A stretch of DNA of 64,000 bases from Lama guanicoe (Eukaryota). The stretch covers positions 1,984,001 through 2,048,000 of the forward strand of contig MU053304.1 of the NCBI GenBank assembly GCA_013239625.1, read 5' to 3'. Below, in pieces: positions 50,610 through 61,359 of the stretch. A program made the translations under genes and the position numbers. How positions within the stretch are numbered: position 1 is the stretch's first letter; every line of letters begins with the position of its first letter. The notes under the pieces are model-generated. The model was given only the letters and a program-made list of their open reading frames with translations, was not told where the DNA came from and made no database searches.

Positions 50610-51097
50610 TTTACTGTTTTAATGATCATTGCTGCACAATGAATTATTGTAAGATAGGGACTTGAAGCAACGTCTTTTTATTGTCTAACAGCTTCCTAGG
50701 CCCAGGCATAGAAATGGATTCCCTGGTTAAGGTCTGGAATCCAAGGCTGGAATCAAGGTGTTGGCTGGACTGAGCTCTCACCTGAGGCTCAGATAGGGAA
50801 GAATCAGCTTCCAAGTCTCCCCAAGTTGTTGACAGAATTCGTATCCTTGTGGCTGTAGAATTCTTGACAGTCTACTTCTTGAAACCCAGCAATGATGAGA
50901 GAGCACCTCTTTAAAGGTCTCACCTGGTTAGGTCAGGCCCACCTACAGTTAACTCAAAGTCAACTGATTAGAGACTTTAACTGCATCTTCAAAATCTCTT
51001 AACTTTGCCAAACGCTGTTGGTTAGAAGCTCACACTCAGTGGGAGGGAATTATACAAGGGAGTGACTCATTGCGAGTCACCCTAGGGTATGCCATTA
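50610..51097 (-). mobile_element. MLT1-family (ERVL-MaLR) LTR
   Basis: caaggctggaatcaaggtgttggctggactg…cttccaagtctccccaagttgttgacagaattc…ggttaggtcaggcccacc…actttaactgcatcttcaaaatc. Confidence 0.8.
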
Positions 51098-53889
51098 TAT
51101 TTGTTCTTAAGGAAAAATTTAAATGATCAAACTTAAATTTCATGTTATTTTAACCAAACCCATGAGTTGGAGGGTATGGGAAGGATTGGAAGGCATACAA
51201 GTGTATTAAAGATCTCATCCCAGTGGGCAGGTAAAGTGATTGTTTCATTTTGATATATACTTATAGAGAGCTTTACGTTAGGGTTTAAATAAGACTGCTG
51301 AAGATGGGAGTGTAAACTCTAGCAAAGTAGCAATAAGTGATAGAACTTCTAAACTAAGAGTGATGGGCAGACGTTGAGAGGTAGGATAGAAGGGATTAAC
51401 CCTCCCATCCAGAGGAAGAGTGAAGAAGGGGACGAGAGCCGTCACAAGATTTGGAATTTCTGGTGACAAACATTAGAAGGAAAATACTCCAATTTTTAAT
51501 TATGAAAATAATGTAGCAACAATAAAAATTTAGAGATAAGAAAATTTGATAGCTCACAGCTGTACAACAGACTGTAAGAGCAATCATAATCTGTATTATT
51601 TCCATTTTCTTTTAATATCCATGTTTGTATAGTTACAATTGATTATACCTGCCAGTCTGTATCATTCTTCTCATACTTAACATTATTTATGTTTGGTTTA
51701 GAGATTGATAGAAACTTTTAGTTCAATTTTAAATGGCTATGTAATGTTCCCATGGGGTAACATTTATGCATTCCTTTGTTGTATCTGATGTGAGGCCACT
51801 ATAAATAATTCTGGAATGAACACCTTTATTCATATAGTTTTCATAGTTTCTGGATTTTGGGGGGTGGGTAGGGTCTCAGAAAGAAGATCGTTGGGTTATG
51901 AGTTTCATCACATTGTACCTAATTGTTCATTTTTAAAGTCTGCAGAAATTTATAATTGAAAAGATGAAAACTTTTTCTTTGTTGGCTAGAATTATTTCCT
52001 CTGTGTAACCAGTGAACAAGAGTTTCTGGGTATTTTGTGTACGTGGTTCTTCTCAAGTACTGTGATAGACAGAAAAATGGATAAGTCAGGATTTCTTCTT
52101 TTATCAGGCTCTTATTTAACCAGAAGAGCAGACTGAGACTGGCCCACACAAGGAATCGTGAGGCTAAGGTCGGGATGTCAATTGTAATTTCTGAAGTGAC
52201 TTGGAGAGGTTGAGCTCTGCAAGGTTGAAATCCTGGGAAAGTTTTCACGGAGGAAAGCAGTTTGAGTAAAATAAGGTGATGGTCTTAGAGTAAATATGAA
52301 GTTCAGAGAACACTTCGGGTTAATTTTCTTTACCTGACTTAATTTTCCTGGAGGTAAAATAATGGTCTTTCAGTCTTTAAACATTAATCACGACCAAATT
52401 GTGATGACAACAAAGATTTACAATTGGCACAAGACTCTTTGAATTTTTACTCATTTTAATTCTAAAATTGACTGCTCTAAAGAGCCCCGTTGGAATAAAG
52501 ATCTTTTCAGAAATATAGCCCCTCTATCCCTTAATATGAAAAGTATGAATTTTTATTAGTTTTGACTGAATTACAGTTTATTTTTGCCTGAGACTAAACA
52601 GCACTTTCGTCATAGTGCGTGTCCCGTCCTTTGCCAACGGGTGATGCGTGTGTCATTCCCCAGACTTGGTTTGAAGTGCGGACCTGGTTTTTCCTGACAA
52701 AATAGGGTGTTTCTGAGGCAGATTTGGAATGGCTTCTCAGTCTGCTGGCAGTCCTACCTGCGTGTCAGCCAAAGTACACAGCCTGTCGCCCCTCCTGAAA
52801 GAACAGGATCCTGGTGATACACCACCATTTCTTCCACGCGGTGAGATATGGCTCTGCTCTAAAGGACCTCAGACAGCTGTGGGGGATCAGACAGGAGAAT
52901 AGATAAGTTATGATTTAACCATAAACTCTGCCATGATGGGAATCCCAATGTGCTCTCAACGCACGGCGGCAGAATGGAGTTCTCTTAGGAAGGTCAGTTT
53001 CAACTTTCAGAGAAAGAACATCAGATGGTTTGGCAGAAAGAACATCCCAGGGGCAGAGCAGGTTGGGGGAGAGGGCAAAAGAAGAAAGGACACAGGATGC
53101 CCAACACTCAAAATTGGGATGCAGACAGGTGGAGCCCAGGGGGCCCGAGGAGGAGAGTCGGCGTGGGCGCTCCCTCGGCACCTCAGTGGTGTTCACAGCT
53201 GTCTCTTCTCTACATTTCAGATTTCTAGCTCAGAGCTATTCAGTTCTAATCAGCAAGCTGAGCAACATGACAAATATATTTTTTTACAAAGGGATTAGCA
53301 AGGCTTAGCGTATAGAAACATGAGTAAGCAAAGTGCTCACTGGGGACTTTCGAGCCCACCTTGCTTCATAGTCACCGTGTTGCTGGGAAGATTAGCTTTG
53401 GACCGCTCTTGCTGCCAGAAACCTCTCAGTGAATCTCAAGTGGCTGAATGTCCTATCTTTTGAAAAAGAGAAATAACAAAGGATAAAATTATTGCTTCAA
53501 AAACATCCAAAAGATTGAAATGGCTTATTATCTTGGGTGTTTTCATCAAATCTGTCTTACTGAAGGCTTTTTAGGTTAAGATGCTTGCATACTTAGTCTA
53601 GAATGTGCTTTTCAGCCTTATTGGAAGAATATGGTAATTTGTGTGCTAGTGTATTAGTTACACTAATATTGTAAAGTTAGGTTGGTAAATGTATTACTAG
53701 AAACCCAGGAAAGATCTTCCTTGATTACTTTTACTTTAGGTCCAATAGATTCTTTTTTTTTCAGACATCTCTGAACCTTGGTTGTGGCTGTATTTCCCAT
53801 TACAAATTGAAAGTCTTTTTTGTCACCTGGTTCCCATCAATCAGCCTCCTGGGAACTTGTAAATAGCGAATCCTTTTGGGTTTTTTGTT

Positions 53890-54025
53890 CACACCTTTAT
53901 TATAGTATGATTCCTGTGTGGTAAGCTACACATATTTCAAATGTACAATTTGATGAATTTTGATAGGTGTATACACCCATGAAACCACTACCACAATCAA
54001 GATAGCTAGCATTTCCATCACTCCT
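53890..54025 (-). mobile_element. Ancient L1M 3' tip
   Basis: tgtacaatttgatgaattttgataggtgtatacacccatgaaaccactaccacaatcaagata…catttccatcac. Confidence 0.75.
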
Positions 54026-54029
54026 TAAA

Positions 54030-54436
54030 GGTGCAGATTTCAAACTACCAATTTTTCCTTTCCCACCCCACACTTTACCACCTGATAAACATGTTTGTTC
54101 TCTATGTCTTTGAGTCTGCTTCTGTTTTTTATATGAGTTTGTGTCCTTTTTCTTTTAGATTCCACATATAAACAATATCATATGGCATTTTTCTTTCTCT
54201 TTCTGGCTTACTTCACTTAGAATGACATTCTCCAGGTCTATCAGTGTTGCTGCAAATGGCATTATTTTATCCTTTTTAAGGCTGAATAGTATTCCATTGT
54301 GTGTATATATATATATGTGTGTGTGTGTATATGTAAACCACATCTTCTTTATCCAGTTATCTGTTGATGGACATTTGGGTTGTTTCCACATCTTGGCCAT
54401 TGTAAATAGTGCTGCTGTGAACATTGGGATACAAGT
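54030..54436 (-). mobile_element. Younger L1 fragment covering the ORF2 C-terminus and part of the 3' UTR
   Basis: ORF 54155..54424(-) reads MFTAALFTMAKMWKQPKCPSTDNWIKKMW…MPFAATLIDLENVILSEVSQKEKEK, the L1 ORF2 C-terminal motif. Confidence 0.9.
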
Positions 54437-56020
54437 GAATCCTTGTTTTTTTGATAAACGCTTTGAAGCTGAAAAGGCTCTTTTGCATTGTATTCTTTCA
54501 GTTCAGCCTGTGCTACGTGGGGATCAGTGGGAAAATGGAAACAGAGACTTCTGGGTGAAGAGGCTGTGCACACTCCAGTGAAGAACAATGACCAGTTTAT
54601 GCAAATAATTACTTTAATCGTCAAATGAGTTTGAGCTTGAATATTACCCTGAGTCCTGGGTGTGTTAAGGCTGTTGAGTCCTGGAGGCTCCATCAAGTCA
54701 CGGAGACAGAGGGAGCCAGGACATGGGTTGGGGCAGGGAGCACCTCCCACCAGGCATGAGGCAGGGGCGTTGCGGGGGGTGGTCAACTGGGGAGACGTAA
54801 AGCAAAGATCTGAAGACCGCTTAAGAAAAGTATCTGGCAGAATACTGTTTGTAGGTTGGCTATGAAGGGCAAAGAATAAAAAGAAACGAAAACCCATCCG
54901 TTGTAAAATGCTTTAGCAGGCTCAGCTAAATCACTGGTGTGACTACAGATGGCTAGTTCTGTTTCTATTTTCTCTTGCATTTTTCCCCTCCTTTTGAGCA
55001 TTGAAAGTTGAAAAAGAAAGGAGAGGAAAAAAAATCCCAGCAAGAATCATTTCAGTGACAAAAGGGTGAGTCACCGCGTGTGGCAGTCCTTTGGACAATA
55101 TGAGTGAAGTCAGGAGGTGGAAATTAAGTAAATATCATCCTGTCCTTATTTACTTTATGCTTATTTTTTCTTGAGGCTGTCGGAAAGGGAGAGCTTATCA
55201 TTATATACATTCTTACACAGAACGTAATTTATCTTTTTCTCCAAAGGGTGGGAGATGAGAGAGCGAGATTAGTTTATTCATCCTTCTCAACACTCCGCTG
55301 AACCACCACCAGAAATCCAAATCCTTTCGAATAGCATTGGATTTTCAAAGGTTTTGTTTGAATAAAATTATAAAATAATGTATACTTATTGTGAAAAAAT
55401 TCCAACAATATAGAAATACATAATGTGACATTCAAAGTAATTCATTCTCCTTTAGGTCCCACTTCAGACATTTGCAAACACACATGCACATGCAGACTAT
55501 TTTTTACACCAATGGGAACTGTTTTTGCTCTAAAATATTCTTTAATACCTCTTTTTCATTGAATGGGCACGGAGCTCCACAGAATGTTGTGCATTTCCAT
55601 GACTGTCTGAGCTCTGTCTCAGGGAAATACTCAGCAAGCAGACTCACATTCAAGTGGCCAGCATCCTCAGATCCCAGCTCCCTCCCTGCCAAACTGGTGA
55701 CCTTGCGTTCGGGTATTTGTCTCATGGTGTTGGTGTGAGGATCAGTGAGACATAAGGCACTGCACAAGGGCGTGGAGCATAGTAGGTGATGTGCACTACA
55801 CGCTACTTCAGCACGTGGTGAACTGATGTGGTCTTTGAGAATGGAGTCTAGGGACAAACGGTTCCTTCTCTCCCTTGCAGTTTTCCAAGGTACAACTGAG
55901 GCTTGTTTAAATATCTGACTGCAAATCTTCACCTTCAGGACGCTGCTTATCAATTATATTGATATTTTATCTAGGCTGTCTGGCTATTTTCTGTTTCTTT
56001 TGGAGACTTAGAAAGCATTT

Positions 56021-56517
56021 GACCCTAGAGAAGATGTGGTGTGTATATACAATGGAATACTGCTAAGCCATAAAAAGGAATGAAATAATGCCGTTTGCAG
56101 CAACATGGATGGACCTAGAGATTATCATACTAAGTGAAGGAAGTCAGACAGAGAAAATCAAATACCATATGGTATCACTTACATGTGGAATCAAAAATAT
56201 GACACAGGATAAGCTTATTTATGAAACAGAAATAGACCCACAGACATAGAAAGCAAGCTTATGGTTACCAAAGGGAAAAGCAGAATAGGGGAGGGACAAA
56301 TTAGGAGTTTGGAATTAGCAGGTACAAACTACTAAACTATACATAAAATAGATCAACCAGAAGATCCTACTGTGTAGCACAGGGAACTATAGTCAATATC
56401 CTGTAATAAACCATAATGGAAATATGAAAAGAATATATACATATATAACTGAATCACTTTGCTGTACGCCAGAAACTAACACAGCATTATAAATCAACTA
56501 TACTTCAGTTGAAAAAA
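56021..56517 (+). mobile_element. Lineage-specific L1 3' fragment in sense orientation, with 11-bp TSD
   Basis: gaagatgtggt…tacaatggaatac…gcagcaacatggatggacctagagatt…tcaactatacttcagttgaaaaaaa; agaaagcattt at 56010-56020 and 56518-56528. Confidence 0.92.
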
Positions 56518-56858
56518 AGAAAGCATTTATCACTGATACGTTTTATTTTTCAGAATTTTAACTTTCTGTTCCCCAAGCTTTGGGGTGTGTAATCAGAGAA
56601 GTACATAAAAGAATTTATGGTGGGACCTGTGAGCAGGTGCTGAATTTGTTATTTTCTCATAAGACGTGTTTTTGCAACAATCTAAACTCAAGGGTGGGCA
56701 TGTGGACACACACACTCGTTTACACGCATGCATACACACACCCCCTCTGGGAATCAGCCTCCACACTGTTAAAGGCTGTTCAAACGTCGTCCTTTCAAGG
56801 GCCCTGGGAGCTGGAGATTCCCTAACGAGTCACCCCTTTTGTGTCTGTTTCTTGGCAG

Positions 56859-56972
56859 GAATCCACTGTGAAGCCTACAAGGACCCCTGCGCTAACGTCA
56901 GCTGTCTGAACGGAGGCACGTGTGACAGTGACGGCCTCAATGGCACGTGTGTCTGCACACCAGGATTTACAG
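56859..56972 (+). CDS. DNER: DNER internal coding exon (probably exon 10), EGF-like repeat; (G)IHCEAYKDPCANVSCLNGGTCDSDGLNGTCVCTPGFT(G)
   Basis: Acceptor gtttcttggcAG ends at 56858; 114 nt, phase 1-1; the exon ends at ACAG|GCAAGT, a GC donor. Confidence 0.94.
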
Positions 56973-58439
56973 GCAAGTGATCTGGGAACTGTTTTCAAAT
57001 TTACTGCAAGACCCCCGAGATTGTGGCTGTTAAAAAGCCCAGACGCCTCTATGCATACGTTATTGCAAAATCTGAATCCCATTGCAAAATGTAAAAGTAG
57101 GCATTGCTTGGATGAAGATCTGTTTTAAAACAGCCTACTGTGCTGTCATTAAGTGAGGCTCTTCTGAAATCAGCATTTGGTACGGACACTTGCCAAGACT
57201 ACCACTGCTGTACGTTTCCAGAGCCGTAGCCTTGAAACATGAGAGATGAGCCCTGACACGAACACCTGAAACATTTCAGTGCTGACGGAAGCAGGAAGGA
57301 GAGAGGAAGGATCAAATACGTCTTCCACAGAAATTGCATTTATTTTTATTGGAAGATACAGCAGTGACTGGATTTTGAATAATGGAGAGGTGGTGGTGGT
57401 GGTGGTGGGAAATAAGAGAGAGATGCTCTCAGTTCAGGGCTGAATTATTAGTGAAGATAAGGACGGGACAGGTGTGGGAAGGGAGACGGGATGGGGGCAG
57501 AAAACTGCCTGATGGCAACGCAGGTAGGGAGGACAGGGTTGGTTCATGAGGAGCCTCGGTGGCCCTGGGGCTCTGAGTGGGAAGAGTCACTTCTAGACTA
57601 GGGGATCCTGCTTAACAAGCGCTCCTTCAAAGTCGCCACCCACAAGGGTTTCAGGGAGTTTTTGAATCCCCCAAAATAGATGTGAAGTGTTGTATGAACA
57701 AGTACCTGCTGAGGGAAGGCTCTCAGATTATCATCAGATTCTCAGAAGGAATTATGAACCGCTGGGGCAGAGAAGGTTTCATTCTTTTCTTTTCCAGTCA
57801 AACCCAGGAGTCCAGAGCTGCAGAGTGTAAGTCAGGTCTCTGTTTTCAGCACTTTTTCAACCCACAAAAGCGTCAGGGTCAGTCTGGTTACAGGTTGGGA
57901 AGCTTGACATGTAAGGTGCCCGGTAGAAGAGGGCGGCACTGAAGTTGCAGAGAAACGTTGTCATTGGCTGGAGGGCACCTTGCATGCTGAGCGCCCCCCT
58001 GCTAAGCCCCTGTGGCCACCTCCCCAGCCCTGGAGCGTTCCTCAGAGCCTGGTCCTCAGTCCATCCCTAGGGAGCCTCATTTGTGCTTCTGGGGAAGATG
58101 CCAGCACTCAAGATGTAGGAGAAGCAACTTCTGATCTTCCTTCGATTTATCTGTGTCACATCCTGCATCTTCCTTTTGGGTTTTCCTGGGACAGAGAAGT
58201 GAGCTCACTCCAGAAAATGATTTTCAGACAGTTTTGTTTATTCTGACTGGTTTATAAACACGCACAGCCATTTATACTCATCAATGGATGCAAAAATAAT
58301 ACTGAGGAAGCATCCTGTTTTTTTATTTTTTTCTCAGACATTTATATCCCACAGACAATAAAAAGCATGGAAGAAAAATGAGAAAATATAGAGTTATAGG
58401 AAAAAACCCACCCTTTAAAACTGCACTACTAGGAGAAAG

Positions 58440-59330
58440 CATTGTTAAAATTTGGATACATTTATCCAGGGGTTTTCCTGAAGATCTGTGTGTGTATAAT
58501 ATGTAGTGTGTAGTGTAAATCCATGTACTTGAACATAAGAAGAACCATGCTGCTCGTACTATATTGAAATCTACTTTTCACTTAAAAATATATGTGTATC
58601 ATAAAGCATTAAGTAATGTGCTTTTGTTCTATTGTTTTTACTGGCTACCCTGTCATCCATTATGTGATATGTCATGATTTTTTTAAAAAAATCCATCTTC
58701 AGTTCAACTTTTGGAGAGTTGGGAACTTTCTCCTATTATAAACAACATCGCAGCGAATGTTCTCGCTTATGCATCTTAGTGAATATGTATGATTGTTTCT
58801 TTGAGCTTATTTCCATATTGTGCTCCAGGAAGAAACCTAGGGCCGGTATTCACTCCTACCCAGGGTAGCCTGGAGCTTTTATTCCCTTCTCTTCACACAA
58901 ATACTGAGAATTGTCCCTCTGGTGGCTCCACATTGCTATTTAAGTATTGTTTCAATTTCTAAGTCTTTGACTCCCAGTGAGATTAAATACTTTAAAAATA
59001 TGTTTATAGTCATTTGTATTTCTTCTCAAACAGCTCCCTATTCCTAGCCTCTGTTTGATTTTCTACCAGATCATTCACGTTTATCTTTATTCTTGATTTG
59101 AAATAGTCCTTGAAATTAAGTATATTGCATTTGATCTGCTTTAGGTTGTAAAATTTTTCCAATCTCATTTGCCTTTTAAATATATATAAAGTATTTTGTT
59201 TTTTCCTATATGTTGTATTTTAGTTTTATTAAATTACGTCTTAATATTTTCTTTTGATTTTTTGTTTCATGCCAGAAAGACTCTACATAGCAAGAATTTA
59301 TAAATATACTCCTATATTATTCTAATTACA
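58440..59330 (-). mobile_element. Ancient L1ME-like remnant
   Basis: T-rich degenerate antisense L1 text (atatgtttatagtcatttgtatttcttct; ttcttgatttgaaatagtcctt). Confidence 0.5.
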
Positions 59331-59339
59331 TACCTACTC

Positions 59340-59965
59340 AGCATTCCTCTCGGATGTCCCTCAAAGACCCCTCAAGCTCATAGATTTTCTTCTCCTTTCT
59401 TCTTTTAAATATTTGCTGGCTCGTTAAACGGTGTTACTACCACCTACGTTGTTCTGGACGGAAACTGAGAGATCACTTTGTGGCCCTCCCCTTCTCCCCC
59501 CTTACCTGCGACCAGCTGCCCAGGAGGCCTAGAAACCTCTAGACCCTTTCACTTCTTCCTGGAGCCCACACCTCCGCCTGCCCTAGAGCAGGGTCTCCCC
59601 ACCCCCATTCCCCTTCACCCCTAAACATTCCCCACACCGAAGAGACCTTTACAATGAAGATCTATGTTATCCCTCCCTGCTTAAAATCACCTACTGGCGT
59701 TTCATTGTCTTTAAGAAAAAGGTCAAAGCTCTTAACTTGGGAGCTCTTAACTCAAGACCTGGGAGGTCGGGCCCATCCAGCGTTTCCAGCTTGTCCTGGG
59801 CGCCCCCTGGCCTGCTGGATTCCTGAACACCCACGTCAGGCTCTGCTCAGTCACGTTCTTCCTCTCTCTCCCCTGCCTCCCTGTCCCCTCCGCCTTCCTC
59901 TCCTCCCAGAGACGCACTCCAGCTGGGAAGTCCACCCCTAAGTGTTTCCTCTTGGGGCTCACCCT
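59340..59965 (+). mobile_element. L2 LINE fragment
   Basis: Pyrimidine-rich L2 text (ctccctgcttaaaatcacctactggcgtttcattgtctttaagaaaaaggtcaaagctcttaac). Confidence 0.6.
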
Positions 59966-60284
59966 GATCACAGGGAGCAGTCAGGCTCTACCAGCTTCAA
60001 ACATCGGTCTAACTTGTCTTTGAAAACAACAAATGCCTATTTCTATTCAGCTCTGGTAATTTTTCAAGCTGCAGAGGACCATAGAATATTTCCTAAAGTT
60101 GTTTGGAGAGTTGTACTATTAATGTGTTTTACAGAACACTGGTCCCATGAGATACTCCATGGAAAAAATGTCTGTGACCAGCAAAGTTTGGGACATGGTA
60201 CATGCCATGTGGAGATTCAGAAAGGATGCCCACACACTAAAGGCTCTTAGTAAAGAGTCTTATGTGCCTTTATTTATTTTCCAA

Positions 60285-60290
<6 letters not shown>

Positions 60291-60316
<26 letters not shown>

Positions 60317-60439
60317 ATATATATGGAGGTAGTAAAGTTTATTTATTTAATTTTTTTTTTAATGGAGATAGTGGGGATTGAACCCAGGACCTCATGCATG
60401 CTAAGCACGCGCTTTACGACTTGAGCTATACCCTCCCCC
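60291..60439 (-). mobile_element. tRNA-derived SINE, camelid Vic-1-like, with a (TA)n-converted tail and TSD
   Basis: ggggattgaacccaggacctcatgcatgctaagcacgcgc…gagctataccctcccc; ttccaaatatat is duplicated at 60279-60290 and 60444-60455. Confidence 0.9.
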
Positions 60440-61359
60440 TATCTTCCAAATATATTTGATCATAGAACTTTTCTTTTTTCCCTTAAAAAAGAGCCTATTT
60501 TGAGAAGTAGCATTCTACAAGAAGGGCTGAAAAAATATTAGCTACCATCATCATGTAAGGAATGATGGTGCCTATACTCTTTGGGTTGCTACCTTGGGAC
60601 TAAATATCCTTTCATCATACCTGAGGTTTGGCAAAACTTACTCTTGGCCAACTAAGTGCTCAAAAGCTCCCTAACTGACTGAGCGGAGTGAATTAGGTAA
60701 CTCATTGTTACCTAATTAGACAGCCAGTCCAGTGTCACATTTACCTTGTGAGACTGGCCTTTTCAGTTGAGTCAAGACACTTCACTCTCAGGCCAGCAGG
60801 TTACTCTGGGAGGTGTATGTGCTGAATTCAGGCTCCTCCTTGAAAATACACTCTCTCCAGCCATCCGAACCCAGACAGGCTCCTTACTCTCTTACTCATC
60901 ATGATTTCCACACATCTCTCTCCTTAAGAACTGGCCTAAGTCCTCTCTATTTTCAGTTTTTAACTTATTTTGTGCCCACTCAAAAGAGTGGGAGGCTCTG
61001 TAATTCTGTTGCCTAGAATTATTTGGCTCAGGACCAGTAGACGGAAAGAAAGGACACCATAATGCAACCTCAATTCTCTGGGACCTGCTTTATTTCTGCC
61101 TGAAACCGCAGACTGGACCTGAGATCATTGCACTCCAACAGGGGAGCCAAAACTTCTTCCAGGCGCATTGCCAGTCCAAACGCAATACCGGTGACCTGCT
61201 GCTTTCTCACCATAGCAGAAAGTCTACATGCATTATTAAAAGTTGCATAATGTTATCATATTTCCCTCTGTTTTCTAACTCAACTAATTTTCAATAGTGG
61301 TCTTACAGTTCACAATACAGTGTTCTACAGTTTCAAGCTCATTTTCATGGATAAATGCC

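Noticed and set aside
54155..54424. ORF with clear protein homology (WKQPKCPSTDNWIKKMW)
   Set aside because: Decayed L1 ORF2 C-terminus interrupted by a microsatellite; not a host gene.
54349..54897. Longest ORF in the track (182 aa, - strand)
   Set aside because: No recognisable domain, partly out-of-frame L1 sequence, no supporting gene structure; consistent with chance.
55805..55830. TTCAGCAC as a possible REST/NRSE site in a neuronal gene
   Set aside because: Only the left half-site is present, with no GGACAG right half at the canonical spacing.
25295..60439. Five tRNA-like sequences with A and B boxes
   Set aside because: They have A-rich tails, some have TSDs, and they are mutually diverged: tRNA-derived SINEs, not tRNA genes.
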